64,000 bases of DNA from Candidatus Nanosynbacter sp. GTDB lineage: Bacteria > Patescibacteriota > Saccharimonadia > Saccharimonadales > Saccharimonadaceae. A model generated the notes under the pieces. The model was not told where the DNA came from and did no database searches. It worked only from the letters and a program-made list of their open reading frames with translations. The stretch spans positions 52,085-116,084 of the forward strand of contig JABZKB010000002.1 in assembly GCA_015257505.1 (NCBI GenBank), given 5' to 3'. Within the stretch, counting starts at the first letter, position 1; each line of letters starts with the position of its first letter. Made by a program: the position numbers and the translations under genes. Of this stretch, positions 36,356 through 45,708 are shown in pieces.

Positions 36356-36403
36356 ACGCTACATTTAGTGTCTGCAATTATTCTATGACACTATATGTAG
36401 TGC
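36356..36403. promoter_or_regulatory. Two NrdR boxes 32 bp apart upstream of nrdDG
   Basis: Box 1 is acgctacatttagtgt (36356-36371) and box 2 is acactatatgtagtgc (36388-36403). They match the NrdR consensus acaCwAtATaTwGtgt at 13/16 and 14/16 positions. Confidence 0.65.
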
Positions 36404-36479
36404 GTCAATAGAAAAAGCTTATATTTTTGTTGTATTTTATACACAGATTTTACAGGGATGGGAGTATAATATACAGAGT

Positions 36480-36698
36480 ATGAAAATGAATAAAACTTTT
36501 GGAAAATTTGAGCCAAAACGCTGCTGGGTTGGTGATGGCCAGAAGATTTGTTATGAAACGCGCGAGGAAGCGGAGGTTGCGGCACAGGTGGCAGCTTATG
36601 ATTATGGCGCACCAGAACTTTCGGTTTATAAATGTGAATATGGCAACCATTGGCACCTCTCATCTAATCATTTTGAGAAGAACTCTGGTCGTATCTAA
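36480..36698 (+). CDS. Hypothetical small Cys/His-containing protein (C-x7-C ... C-x5-H-x-H), possibly leaderless
   Basis: 72 aa. TATAAT at 36465-36470 lies only 9 nt before the ATG. No family recognised. Confidence 0.35.
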   Translation: MKMNKTFGKFEPKRCWVGDGQKICYETREEAEVAAQVAAYDYGAPELSVYKCEYGNHWHLSSNHFEKNSGRI

Positions 36699-36713
36699 TA
36701 GAGATTATTATTT

Positions 36714-36739
36714 TTCAATTAGATAATTATCTAATTGAA
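36714..36739. repeat. Perfect 26-bp palindrome TTCAATTAGATAATTATCTAATTGAA
   Basis: Exact 13+13 inverted repeat between convergent genes (36480..36698 + and 36764..39214 -). AT-rich, so either a weak bidirectional terminator or a protein-binding site. Confidence 0.9.
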
Positions 36740-36763
36740 ATTTGCTATTACTAATCAGAATAA

Positions 36764-39214
36764 CTAATAAAAATATTGAGTGTAATAAAGGATTTGTCGG
36801 AGAGGGCTAATATATTTTGCGCCACAATCTGGTACTAAAGGAGTTTGGGCCGTCTTAGCGATATAAGGGTTTGGGGATACGTGTTGACCTGGTTGATCTG
36901 TATTTTTAGTGTACCTATTCTGATTTACGTTCCGGCTATTGATTTTTGGGATTTTGGTTATCTTTTCAGATATCTTACGACCTAAAATACTGTAGCTTAT
37001 GACTTTTATTTGATGATCTGTATTGCGACTAAGATCAGTAATAGATAGATGACTTTGATTAGTGAATCCAGCTATGTAGTCGTCAATGATTATTAGGCGA
37101 TACGGAAAAAGAGTTGCATCTTGCGCTTTTTCTGGTTCGGGTAGGAAATATAGATCAAAATCCTGATTGGACTTTCCGTTTTCTTTAACAGTGATTTGAG
37201 TGTGGGAGATGGAATGTATTGGAATATCAATGCTTTTATCTACCGTGTTGATTGATTGAATCTTGTTATTTTGTATGATATCCCACTCGATATTCTTTGA
37301 TCCTAGGCTAGTGACGTGCGCAAGGCGAGTCCGTGGAAGGATATTAGATGAGGATGAACTTAAGAGAGGTAAACTCATTAAATATTTATTTTGGATTTTG
37401 GACTTTGGATATGTGCTCAGATTGAGATGAATGGAATCAAAACGGGGCTTCAGAATATATTCTAAAGTATTTTTGTATTTCAAAGTATTTTTCTGTTCGC
37501 TTGCGTCCGGTTGGTAAAAATTATTGATTATTTCTTCGTCAGATTGATGTTGTAAGAAGATAGATTTTGTCGATAACTTTTTCTCAAATGAGGTAAGCAT
37601 CTGATTTGTGTCATAGAAAGAGACGGAAATTAATTTTTGGTTTATTAGTTTGTTCAATTCCTTAATTTGGTTACTATCTGGACTGTCAAACGTATGAGTA
37701 TTTTGATAATTTGGGGTAACAATAAACAGAAGGTGTTTGTGATTCTTTTCCCATAAGCCATATTTAATTACATTTTGGATGGATGAATTGATTAATTTTG
37801 GAACATTAATGTCATTTATATTGCGCTGCTCTTTCATGTAAGAACCAATGATACTGCTAGCCCTAAATGGTGTGAGGGTCTCAGTATAGAGGCTAAGTCT
37901 TATCATGATTCCCTCTTTTTTATCTGAGCTTTTTGGCAAATGGATAGGTTTTATCGGTTGTGAATTTTGTGGATGAAATAAATTATATTTATCAATTTCG
38001 GCTTGACTAAAGAATCCATAGGAATAGAATGTAACGGATTTGCAGTTATTTTGATATGCTGCATTGACGATTTTATTGATGAGTAATTGGATCCTGGAGT
38101 TCTCATGATAAGAGATCAGATTTGGAATCATGATATGGAGATCTTTAGGTTGATTATCTGTATTTTGGCTAGTAGTTAAACCTAGAGAATTCTCATTAAG
38201 ATCTTGTGGAGAATGTTTTTCAAGTAGGCTTGACCTGAGTCTCTTAGCTTGATTTTTTGTAATCTTTAAGTCATTCTGCTGAAAATAATAAACCAAGTGT
38301 TGCTTATTCTTCGGTTTTAATGGTTTGAGTTTGAGATTTGATAATTTTTGTTCTTTAATGAGTTTGCGGTAGATTATTTCAGCCGCTTCCCTATAAGCGC
38401 CAAAGCGTGAATATGAAACATGTCCATTAAAAATTCGTGCTAACATGGAGCTATTAGGGGATTGTGTGGCATCAGTGAAACCCCAGGGGTCGATACTGCT
38501 TCCACAGATAAAATCGGCAATATTGCACCAAGCTCCAACTTTTTGATTAAAACTCTGTTTGGTATAGGGGTGAAGCCCACCTAAAAGACCTTGCTCCACG
38601 TAGCAATCTGGAACGTTTTGTCGATAGGGTGAAAAATTTTTATTACGGCAGGCTGGTGGCAGAAGTCCAAAACCTTCGGGAAGATATAGTTTTGGATCAC
38701 CAAAACTAGCATAGTAGAAGATTTTACGGGAATTTAATTTTGATAAGGTTTGACTTATCACCATGGCACCCTGTGAGTAGCCAGCGAGAATGAAACGAGT
38801 GTTCGGACAGTTTGAAGATACTCTATGGTAGAGACTTTTTAATTCTTGCATGCCAGCTTGAATGCTTTGACCAAACTCAAAAGATTGTCCACCGCTTAGA
38901 ATTGCTCCAGAGATAATCTTAGGTTGCTCGATGCCAATAGCAGGATATTGGGCACCATATCGATCCGACTCGCCGAGTTGATAATAGTTATAGGTGAGAC
39001 CACCTAGGCGGTTGAAAATATCTTTAATGGCACTTGAGAAGCTTTGGTGGTCGATGTCATTAAGTCCCTGGCCGGAACCGCGTGCAAAAATTACATAAAA
39101 ATCTGAGCACGGAGAGGCCGCATTGGTTATTGGTGGATTAAAATGTGAAAAAAGGATACAAAGTAGCAAAGAAAAACAGTACATCAAAAATCTTCTAAGT
39201 TGTAGCATAAACAA
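36764..39214 (-). CDS. Secreted cutinase-like serine esterase with a ~500-aa C-terminal extension of unknown function
   Basis: 816 aa. Signal peptide, then the cutinase-family signatures YVIFARGSGQG (oxyanion region) and GYSQGAMV (nucleophile elbow GYSQG). The remaining ~500 aa have no recognisable domain. Confidence 0.7.
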   Translation of the reverse strand: MFMLQLRRFLMYCFSLLLCILFSHFNPPITNAASPCSDFYVIFARGSGQGLNDIDHQSFSSAIKDIFNRLGGLTYNYYQLGESDRYGAQYPAIGIEQPKIISGAILSGGQSFEFGQSIQAGMQELKSLYHRVSSNCPNTRFILAGYSQGAMVISQTLSKLNSRKIFYYASFGDPKLYLPEGFGLLPPACRNKNFSPYRQNVPDCYVEQGLLGGLHPYTKQSFNQKVGAWCNIADFICGSSIDPWGFTDATQSPNSSMLARIFNGHVSYSRFGAYREAAEIIYRKLIKEQKLSNLKLKPLKPKNKQHLVYYFQQNDLKITKNQAKRLRSSLLEKHSPQDLNENSLGLTTSQNTDNQPKDLHIMIPNLISYHENSRIQLLINKIVNAAYQNNCKSVTFYSYGFFSQAEIDKYNLFHPQNSQPIKPIHLPKSSDKKEGIMIRLSLYTETLTPFRASSIIGSYMKEQRNINDINVPKLINSSIQNVIKYGLWEKNHKHLLFIVTPNYQNTHTFDSPDSNQIKELNKLINQKLISVSFYDTNQMLTSFEKKLSTKSIFLQHQSDEEIINNFYQPDASEQKNTLKYKNTLEYILKPRFDSIHLNLSTYPKSKIQNKYLMSLPLLSSSSSNILPRTRLAHVTSLGSKNIEWDIIQNNKIQSINTVDKSIDIPIHSISHTQITVKENGKSNQDFDLYFLPEPEKAQDATLFPYRLIIIDDYIAGFTNQSHLSITDLSRNTDHQIKVISYSILGRKISEKITKIPKINSRNVNQNRYTKNTDQPGQHVSPNPYIAKTAQTPLVPDCGAKYISPLRQILYYTQYFY

Positions 39215-39520
39215 GAGCCTAAAGATAGATTTTAGGTTTGGAAAAGGTTAACTTAAGTATGGGCTACTTTGATGGAAGATGCAAGGAGAAAAGACGATTT
39301 TTGAACTTTAATTAATTCTTATCTCTGTATATGTTGTAAAATAGACTTAGCATAAGCAAGATATTGATAGTTTTATCGATAGCTCTACCGATAACTCTAT
39401 TTATAGCTCTATTGACGGATTGGTACTTTTTGATAGATATATAGATAAGTTTGTGGATGGAATAGAAGTTGCATACTGATTGACAGATGTGGATGAGTGA
39501 TATAGAGTTTTTGAAAAGGA

Positions 39521-40093
39521 GTGTTAATGAATCAAGATACGAAGAATAGAGAAGTACCTGAGTGGGATGCTTATTTTATGGGGATTGCTGAGGAGGTGGC
39601 TAAGCGTTCAAAAGACCCTTCTTCGCAGAATGGCTGTGTGATTGTTGATTCAAGGAAACGCCCAGTTTCTTTTGGGTATAACGGGACGATTCAAGGTGCG
39701 GATGAATCAAAGATGACTTTAAGTGAACGTCCGATGAAGTATTATTTTGCTATTCATTCAGAAATGAATGCGTTACTTTTTGCGGGACGGGATGTGACGG
39801 GCTGTACACTTTATAATAAGATGGCGACTTGTGAAAATTGCTTAAAATATTGTTTGCAAGCTGGAATTAAACGTTTTGTCTATAAGGAACTCAGGGTTGG
39901 ATCTTATCGAAATGGTGAGAAAAAATCAATGACAAATATCGCTACTGACGAAGCTATTATCCGATTATTAGTGGCTTGCCCTGACGTAGAGACATTAAAT
40001 ATTACCAATGGTAAAACTTATATTGAAGATATTCTAGACAGCTATGACAAAGACTCAGATGAATATCAGAGCTTAGTGAAATGGGTAAAATAA
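39521..40093 (+). CDS. dCMP / cytidine-deoxycytidylate deaminase family protein
   Basis: 190 aa. Zinc-binding HSEMNAL (H/C-A-E) and the C-x2-C motif TCENCLKYC. SD AAGGAG upstream. Confidence 0.8.
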   Translation: MLMNQDTKNREVPEWDAYFMGIAEEVAKRSKDPSSQNGCVIVDSRKRPVSFGYNGTIQGADESKMTLSERPMKYYFAIHSEMNALLFAGRDVTGCTLYNKMATCENCLKYCLQAGIKRFVYKELRVGSYRNGEKKSMTNIATDEAIIRLLVACPDVETLNITNGKTYIEDILDSYDKDSDEYQSLVKWVK

Positions 40094-40098
40094 AATAC

Positions 40099-40842
40099 TT
40101 AGAGATCTTGATTAATTAATACAAACAATTCATCAGGAACTTCATAGTTGATTAGGTGACCAGACTTTTGAATAAAAGTAGCTTTGCCGTTAAGCTTTTC
40201 AGCAACTTTTTTGGTTTTCATTGGATGATTTAGCCGGTCTTCCCTTCCTGCAATAAAAAAGCAAGTTTTTGTAAAATCAAAATCGGAGATTGCGTGTTTA
40301 ACAGAGAATTTGGCTGCCTTAATTTCATCACTAATACTAGTAAACTTTTTTGCACAAAGCATCGTGGTGTCAAGAATCTGTTTAAAGTGGGGCTTTCCCG
40401 TTGTCCCAATTAGATATTTTGTAACAATAAAGCTAATTAATTTGTTTGGAATAAAGGCGATCAGAGGAATAATTGCGGAGATAAATTTTGGCGTATGTTC
40501 TGAAATTGGTGAAAGGAAAAAGATCTTTTCATTAATTAGGTTTGGGTATTTTTCAGCAGTGGCTGCAGCAATGATTGACCCCATTGAATGTCCGATTAGA
40601 ATCGGCCGGTCGAGATTATTGTCTAAAATATAATCTGCAATCCAGGTTGCATATCCTTCAGCGGTAAAATTTTTTAGAGTCGGTAGTTTTTCGGATTGCG
40701 TATTGAAAGCAGGAGGAATATCTGGTGCATAAACAGGGTATCCGAGATCTTTAAACTTTGTTATAACTTCTTCGAGACCAAAATGATTACCGCGAAAACC
40801 GTGGACAAAAAGCAGGGCTGGCTTCTCCTTTTTGGTGGTCAT
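40099..40842 (-). CDS. Alpha/beta-hydrolase fold protein
   Basis: 247 aa. LLFVHGFRGN oxyanion region and the nucleophile elbow GHSMGS. Confidence 0.75.
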   Translation of the reverse strand: MTTKKEKPALLFVHGFRGNHFGLEEVITKFKDLGYPVYAPDIPPAFNTQSEKLPTLKNFTAEGYATWIADYILDNNLDRPILIGHSMGSIIAAATAEKYPNLINEKIFFLSPISEHTPKFISAIIPLIAFIPNKLISFIVTKYLIGTTGKPHFKQILDTTMLCAKKFTSISDEIKAAKFSVKHAISDFDFTKTCFFIAGREDRLNHPMKTKKVAEKLNGKATFIQKSGHLINYEVPDELFVLINQDL

Positions 40843-40863
40843 AGAATACCTCCGTTTTAATGA

Positions 40864-41097
40864 TTATTTTGTACGAAGACCATATTTTTCGATAGTTTCG
40901 GTAATGCTGTCACGATCGAAACCGATAATTTGGATAGGATTTTTGTTATCTTTGTCTGTGATAACAGTTACAGGGACAGCAGTGATACCTGGAACGGTGT
41001 TTGCGTCAATTTCTTGAAAATCAATTCCTTCTTCATTAAGCCAGTTCATAAGAGCATGGCAATAAATACAAGTAGGGGTGGTATAAACTTTAATCAT
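40864..41097 (-). CDS. Glutaredoxin-like small redox protein (CxxC)
   Basis: 77 aa. MIKVYTTPTCIYCHALMNWL with the CIYC active site and a thioredoxin-fold pattern, NrdH/glutaredoxin-like. Confidence 0.7.
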   Translation of the reverse strand: MIKVYTTPTCIYCHALMNWLNEEGIDFQEIDANTVPGITAVPVTVITDKDNKNPIQIIGFDRDSITETIEKYGLRTK

Positions 41098-41136
41098 AAT
41101 AAGTATATTATAGCAATTTCAATGGAATTTGTCGAA

Positions 41137-42330
41137 TTAAAGAGTTTTTGCTTTGTCGAGCTGGGGGTCTTTACCACTGTTAATGTCGTTGTAGGTACGT
41201 TCAACTTCAATATCTGGAGAGATGCCAGTCTTGTTGATGGTTTGGTTATCTGGTGTATACCAGTGGGCGGTAGTAACTTTGAGTAGTGCACCGCCGGAGA
41301 GTTCAAGCATAGTTTGGACGACGCCTTTGCCATAGGTTTTTGTACCAACAATTGTGGCTTTTTTGTAATCTTTGAGAGCACCAGCGACAATTTCTGAGGC
41401 TGAAGCGGTGGCGTTATTGACGAGCACAATGGTTTTAGTGTCTTTTAGGACGGCTTCACCGCGTTTTGCGTAGGTGATAGTTTGTCCTGAGGTGGTGGAT
41501 TTTTGGATAAGGATCTTGTCGCCATCGAGCCAGAGTGAGAGAAGATCGCGTGCGGCTTTGACGAAGCCACCGCCGTTATTTCTTAAATCTAAGATGACTT
41601 TATTAACACCTTTTTTCTTAAAGTCTTTTGCGAATGACTCAACTAGCGTGCCAGTGTCTTCGCTAAAACGGTAGACGGAAATAATTGCAGTTTTATCTTG
41701 ATATGTCACATCGGCAGAGACGTTATTTATTTTTTCGCGAACAAGTTCAAAATCAAGCTTCTGTTTTTCGCGAGCGACTGTTAGTTTAACTTTTTCTCCA
41801 GATTTTCCGCGAAGTTTACTAGCTATAATATCGGTATCCTTGTCCCAAACTTCTTCGTCGTTAATTGCAAAGATGACATCACCGGCATGGACCCCGGCTT
41901 TTCTAGCTGGATTATCTGGGAGGGTCCTGGTGACTACAACATAATCACCTTGTTTCATCATTTCGATTCCTACTCCAGCCTCTTTAATTTCTCCATTAAG
42001 ACTAGATTTAAAGTCGACAGCTTCTTTGGCGTCGAAATAAACAGTATAAGGATCACCAAGTGAGGCGGTCAATCCTTTTTTTGCCCCTTCGATCATGGCA
42101 GCCTTGTCGATACTTCCATCGTAGTTTGCTGAAATTTGAGAATAGACTTCGTTTAGTTCTTCCCATTTGACTGGGGTAGAAACTTTTTGGTTTAAATTGA
42201 TGTATGGCGAAAATTGTAAATATAGATTATTCCAGTTTGCACCGATAAAAGCGCCGACAATTAGGGTAACAAAGCTTAAGACAGCGGTTGCGCCGAGACT
42301 GACTTGCCTACTTTTTTCCGTATTCTTCAT
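41137..42330 (-). CDS. S41 carboxyl-terminal processing protease (PDZ + S41 peptidase)
   Basis: 397 aa. N-terminal TM, PDZ region, and S41 catalytic region with TIVLVNNATASASEIVAGALKD and the ILDLRNNGGG motif. Confidence 0.85.
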   Translation of the reverse strand: MKNTEKSRQVSLGATAVLSFVTLIVGAFIGANWNNLYLQFSPYINLNQKVSTPVKWEELNEVYSQISANYDGSIDKAAMIEGAKKGLTASLGDPYTVYFDAKEAVDFKSSLNGEIKEAGVGIEMMKQGDYVVVTRTLPDNPARKAGVHAGDVIFAINDEEVWDKDTDIIASKLRGKSGEKVKLTVAREKQKLDFELVREKINNVSADVTYQDKTAIISVYRFSEDTGTLVESFAKDFKKKGVNKVILDLRNNGGGFVKAARDLLSLWLDGDKILIQKSTTSGQTITYAKRGEAVLKDTKTIVLVNNATASASEIVAGALKDYKKATIVGTKTYGKGVVQTMLELSGGALLKVTTAHWYTPDNQTINKTGISPDIEVERTYNDINSGKDPQLDKAKTL

Positions 42331-42384
42331 GTATTAGATTATAACATAGCAGAAGCGGTATGGCTTAAGAAGCGGTATGGTTTA

Positions 42385-43602
42385 CTAATCAAAATGGATG
42401 AAGTAATATCCGGCAGGACTTACGCCAACACGGTAACCGAAGTCGCCCCATTGTCCTGAACGTGAAGAATATAGATTGTTGTATTCAGAGACATTCATGG
42501 TGCCATTGGCGTTGACTGATTCAACCCACATTACGTGACCCCAGGCACCAGAGGCGGTTTGGGCAATTGAGTGAGCACTTGGTGTGCGGTCGACACGATA
42601 GCCGAGTGATCTGGCGGCTGCGGCCCAGCTATAAGCATTTCCCCATCCGGTAACACGGATATGCGGACCCCAGTATTCTACGGCCTTATAGGCGGCATAG
42701 CTGGTACATTGGCAAGTGTAGTATGAATCAAGGATGCCGCGGATATTATCGCGTGGACAGGCAAAACCATAGTTGCCGATGAATGATTCGTAACTGTTGT
42801 AACCATTTGCGACGGTACCGAACCCTCCGCCATTGCGCATTCTCTGCAAATGATCGCTATATTCTTGATTAATTAATTTAATCTTTTCTTCACGAGACGT
42901 GGCGGCTTCGAGTGCAAATGCAGCTGCATTGTCGCGATACTTTAGGATTAGTTCTTGTTGTTCAATTTTTTTATCTTCAACGGCTTTACGCTGAATCTGT
43001 TGGTCCGCAATAACACGTTCTACTTCTGTTTTTTGCTTCTCTAAGTCCTGCTTCATGGTTTTGACAGTTTGAGCGGAGAGGGTGACCTGGTTTTTTGCGG
43101 TATCCACACGGGTTTGGCGCTCAGCAAAATCTGAAATCGAGCTGGAGCCAGCAAGAATCATGATGGCATCACCGTCGTCTTCAAAATGGAGATTAATTAG
43201 CATGTTAGCTAGAGCTTGCTGTTGAAGCTTTAGTTTTTTGGTAGTTTCCTCAACTTTTAGCTTTAGGTCTTCGGCTTCGGCTTCATTAGCCTTAATACGT
43301 GCCTCATACATGGTGATTTCTTGCTGTAAGCGTTCGACTTCTCCTTCAAGAGTAGTGGCAGCTTTGGAGGCTTCGTTGGCCTTGACAGTAGCTTCGTTTT
43401 CTGCTTTTTTTGCGGCACGACAAGCATTTGAGGTACAATAGGCTTCGTTTTCAATGGCTAAAGCTTGCTTTGGATTGTCAAAAAGATTTGGTAGAAAATT
43501 GAAGCCAAGAACGAGGACGGTGACAAAAATAAACAGTCTTTTTAGTTTAGATAAGGACGTGCGATTCGATTGTTTTTTGGCTTGTTTTTTTCTTTTTGTC
43601 AT
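42385..43602 (-). CDS. PcsB/EnvC-like coiled-coil protein with C-terminal CHAP peptidoglycan hydrolase domain
   Basis: 405 aa. Signal/TM, long coiled coil, then a CHAP domain with Cys (CQCTSYAAYK) and His (GHVMWVESV). Immediately downstream of ftsE-ftsX. Confidence 0.75.
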   Translation of the reverse strand: MTKRKKQAKKQSNRTSLSKLKRLFIFVTVLVLGFNFLPNLFDNPKQALAIENEAYCTSNACRAAKKAENEATVKANEASKAATTLEGEVERLQQEITMYEARIKANEAEAEDLKLKVEETTKKLKLQQQALANMLINLHFEDDGDAIMILAGSSSISDFAERQTRVDTAKNQVTLSAQTVKTMKQDLEKQKTEVERVIADQQIQRKAVEDKKIEQQELILKYRDNAAAFALEAATSREEKIKLINQEYSDHLQRMRNGGGFGTVANGYNSYESFIGNYGFACPRDNIRGILDSYYTCQCTSYAAYKAVEYWGPHIRVTGWGNAYSWAAAARSLGYRVDRTPSAHSIAQTASGAWGHVMWVESVNANGTMNVSEYNNLYSSRSGQWGDFGYRVGVSPAGYYFIHFD

Positions 43603-43750
43603 ATTGTAACCTCCTTTCGGAATGTTAGCTTTTGTGGATAGATTTTAGCATAAGAAGTATATAGAGTCAAATTATTTGAAAGGTGAGTTGATTTTACTGG
43701 GGCAAATAATATTTATGTATCGATTCTTTGAATTTTTTGCAGTGAACTAG

Positions 43751-44770
43751 TTAAACACGTTTCAGATATTTGGAGACGGCAAGGCGCGATGAAGTGAAGG
43801 CAATAATAAGACCGAGCCCGATAAGCGCGAGCGCAATTAAGCCCATACTTGGAGAATAAATATATCTACTAATTTCACTCACATCGATGTCGTAAGAAGC
43901 GAGCTTTGGTGCGGCAAAGCCAAAGAGGATGAATCCTAAAATTGTGGAGAAAATACCGGCGAGTATTCCTGAAATCATTGCTTCAACAAGAAATGGGCCG
44001 CGCACAAAATGGTTATCGGCACCGACTAGTTTTTCCATATAAATCTCTTCACTACGAGAATAGATCGCCATACGGATGGTGTTGAAAATGACGAGGATCG
44101 AGATGATGAGGAAAATGCCGGAGAGCGCAAAACCTCCTGTTTTTGCAATATTAGCCCAAGAGGCAATGGTTTCGATGGCAGTATCGTTGGTATTGTAGGT
44201 TGGCTCTTTTTTAGGATCGATATTGTCGCGGAAGGTAGTATCGGTATTTACGATGTCTTTAATATTGTCGAGCTTGTCGGCGTTATAAACTTTTACGCGA
44301 AGTGTGGACTGCATGGATTTTAACATTAGCTCCTTCATGTCATCATCGTTTAGGGTAGCAAGGAGCGCGACGTCGCCAGCCTTTTTAGTCTCTTCTGTAA
44401 ATTTTGCGTATTCCTGTTCGGAAGTGGAATATTCTGCAGACTTAACATTGGTGTCTTTCTTAATAATATTAGCCATTTCCTGGAGGACAGAGGTTTCGGT
44501 ACCAGGCTTAAAGAAAATAGTGATATCGATTTTATCGCGCATTCGATCGGCGGTTGATGAAAGAATAATACTAGCAATTACGGTAACAAAAAGTAGAATC
44601 AAGGTTAGGGTCATGACAAATGTTGAGGTAATGGAGAGCCAGATATTGCGACCATAGCCGATGACGCCGTATTTCAAAATACGTAAATTATTACGCATAA
44701 GGTTACCGCGACTGTTTTTTGACATGGTTTTTAGACGATCGATTGTGGTATTTTTGCTTTTTTGTTTCAT
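43751..44770 (-). CDS. ftsX: Cell-division ABC transporter permease FtsX
   Basis: 339 aa. 4 TM with a large extracytoplasmic loop. Follows ftsE with a 13-nt gap. Confidence 0.8.
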   Translation of the reverse strand: MKQKSKNTTIDRLKTMSKNSRGNLMRNNLRILKYGVIGYGRNIWLSITSTFVMTLTLILLFVTVIASIILSSTADRMRDKIDITIFFKPGTETSVLQEMANIIKKDTNVKSAEYSTSEQEYAKFTEETKKAGDVALLATLNDDDMKELMLKSMQSTLRVKVYNADKLDNIKDIVNTDTTFRDNIDPKKEPTYNTNDTAIETIASWANIAKTGGFALSGIFLIISILVIFNTIRMAIYSRSEEIYMEKLVGADNHFVRGPFLVEAMISGILAGIFSTILGFILFGFAAPKLASYDIDVSEISRYIYSPSMGLIALALIGLGLIIAFTSSRLAVSKYLKRV

Positions 44771-44783
44771 GATTCTCTGTCTC

Positions 44784-45656
44784 CTATTGAATTAAGCGCC
44801 TACGCTTTGGCGTTTTGTGTTCAGTTAATTCATTATTATTTTCGTTTTGATTAATATTAACTTCGATAACTGATTTTTTGTGAGCTAGTGGGTTTTCTTC
44901 AGGTGATAGGTATGACGTGGCGCGCATATAGCCTGGGTGAGGTAATCTTGAGATACCATCATTATTGCCATCGAGACGATAAATACCATGTTCTTTTTGG
45001 TCGGAAACGATTTTGCCATCTTTCATGGTAATAACACGTTTCTTGAGGAGATTCACGATACTGGCGTCGTGAGTAGTGACTAAAACTGTTGTGCCGTAAT
45101 CATTAATTTTCTGTAATAAATCGATAATTTCTTTTGAGGTTAAGACATCAAGGTTGCCAGTGGGCTCATCGGCAATGAGAATTTTTGGCTGTCGTGCTAC
45201 GGAACGTGCGATCGAGACGCGTTGCCTCTCACCACCTGAAAGGTTGTCTGGGAAGCGATAGGCTTTATCAGATAGTCCAACTAGGTCGAGAACTTTTGGA
45301 ACCGTATTTTCGATTTCATGATTACTCATGCCAGCAATTTCTAGAGCAAAGGCAACGTTTTCGTAAACCGTGCGAGTTGGGAGTAATTTATAATCCTGAA
45401 AAACTACACCGATGCGTCGTCGGTAGTTTGGGATATGCTTTTTCTTAACATAATCGAGATCAATACCGCCAATTACGATTTTACCGGAATCGGGAGTTTC
45501 TTCTTTGGTAATCATTTTGAGAAGTGTCGACTTACCTGCACCAGATTTTCCGACGAGAAAAACAAATTCGTTGGCTGCGATATGCATGGAAATATTATCA
45601 AGGGCAGGCCGGCTGTCGCCATGATAATGTTTGGTGACATGGTCGAACAATATCAT
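44784..45656 (-). CDS. ftsE: Cell-division ABC transporter ATP-binding protein FtsE (with a ~60-aa C-terminal tail)
   Basis: Walker [13 protein letters not shown] signature LSGGERQR, Walker [13 protein letters not shown]. Confidence 0.85.
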   Translation of the reverse strand: MILFDHVTKHYHGDSRPALDNISMHIAANEFVFLVGKSGAGKSTLLKMITKEETPDSGKIVIGGIDLDYVKKKHIPNYRRRIGVVFQDYKLLPTRTVYENVAFALEIAGMSNHEIENTVPKVLDLVGLSDKAYRFPDNLSGGERQRVSIARSVARQPKILIADEPTGNLDVLTSKEIIDLLQKINDYGTTVLVTTHDASIVNLLKKRVITMKDGKIVSDQKEHGIYRLDGNNDGISRLPHPGYMRATSYLSPEENPLAHKKSVIEVNINQNENNNELTEHKTPKRRRLIQ

Positions 45657-45708
45657 ACCAATATTTTAACATAAACGCATTGTGAGTAAAAGCTTAGAAT
45701 TTTATAAA

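Noticed and set aside
39215-39520. 300-nt intergenic region with short direct repeats (atagctcta x2, atcgata palindrome), as a possible ncRNA or attenuator
   Set aside because: The repeats are very short. No convincing terminator or conserved structure could be discerned by eye. It probably holds the promoters for the divergent cutinase-like and dCMP-deaminase genes. Worth an Rfam scan, but not reportable as a feature.
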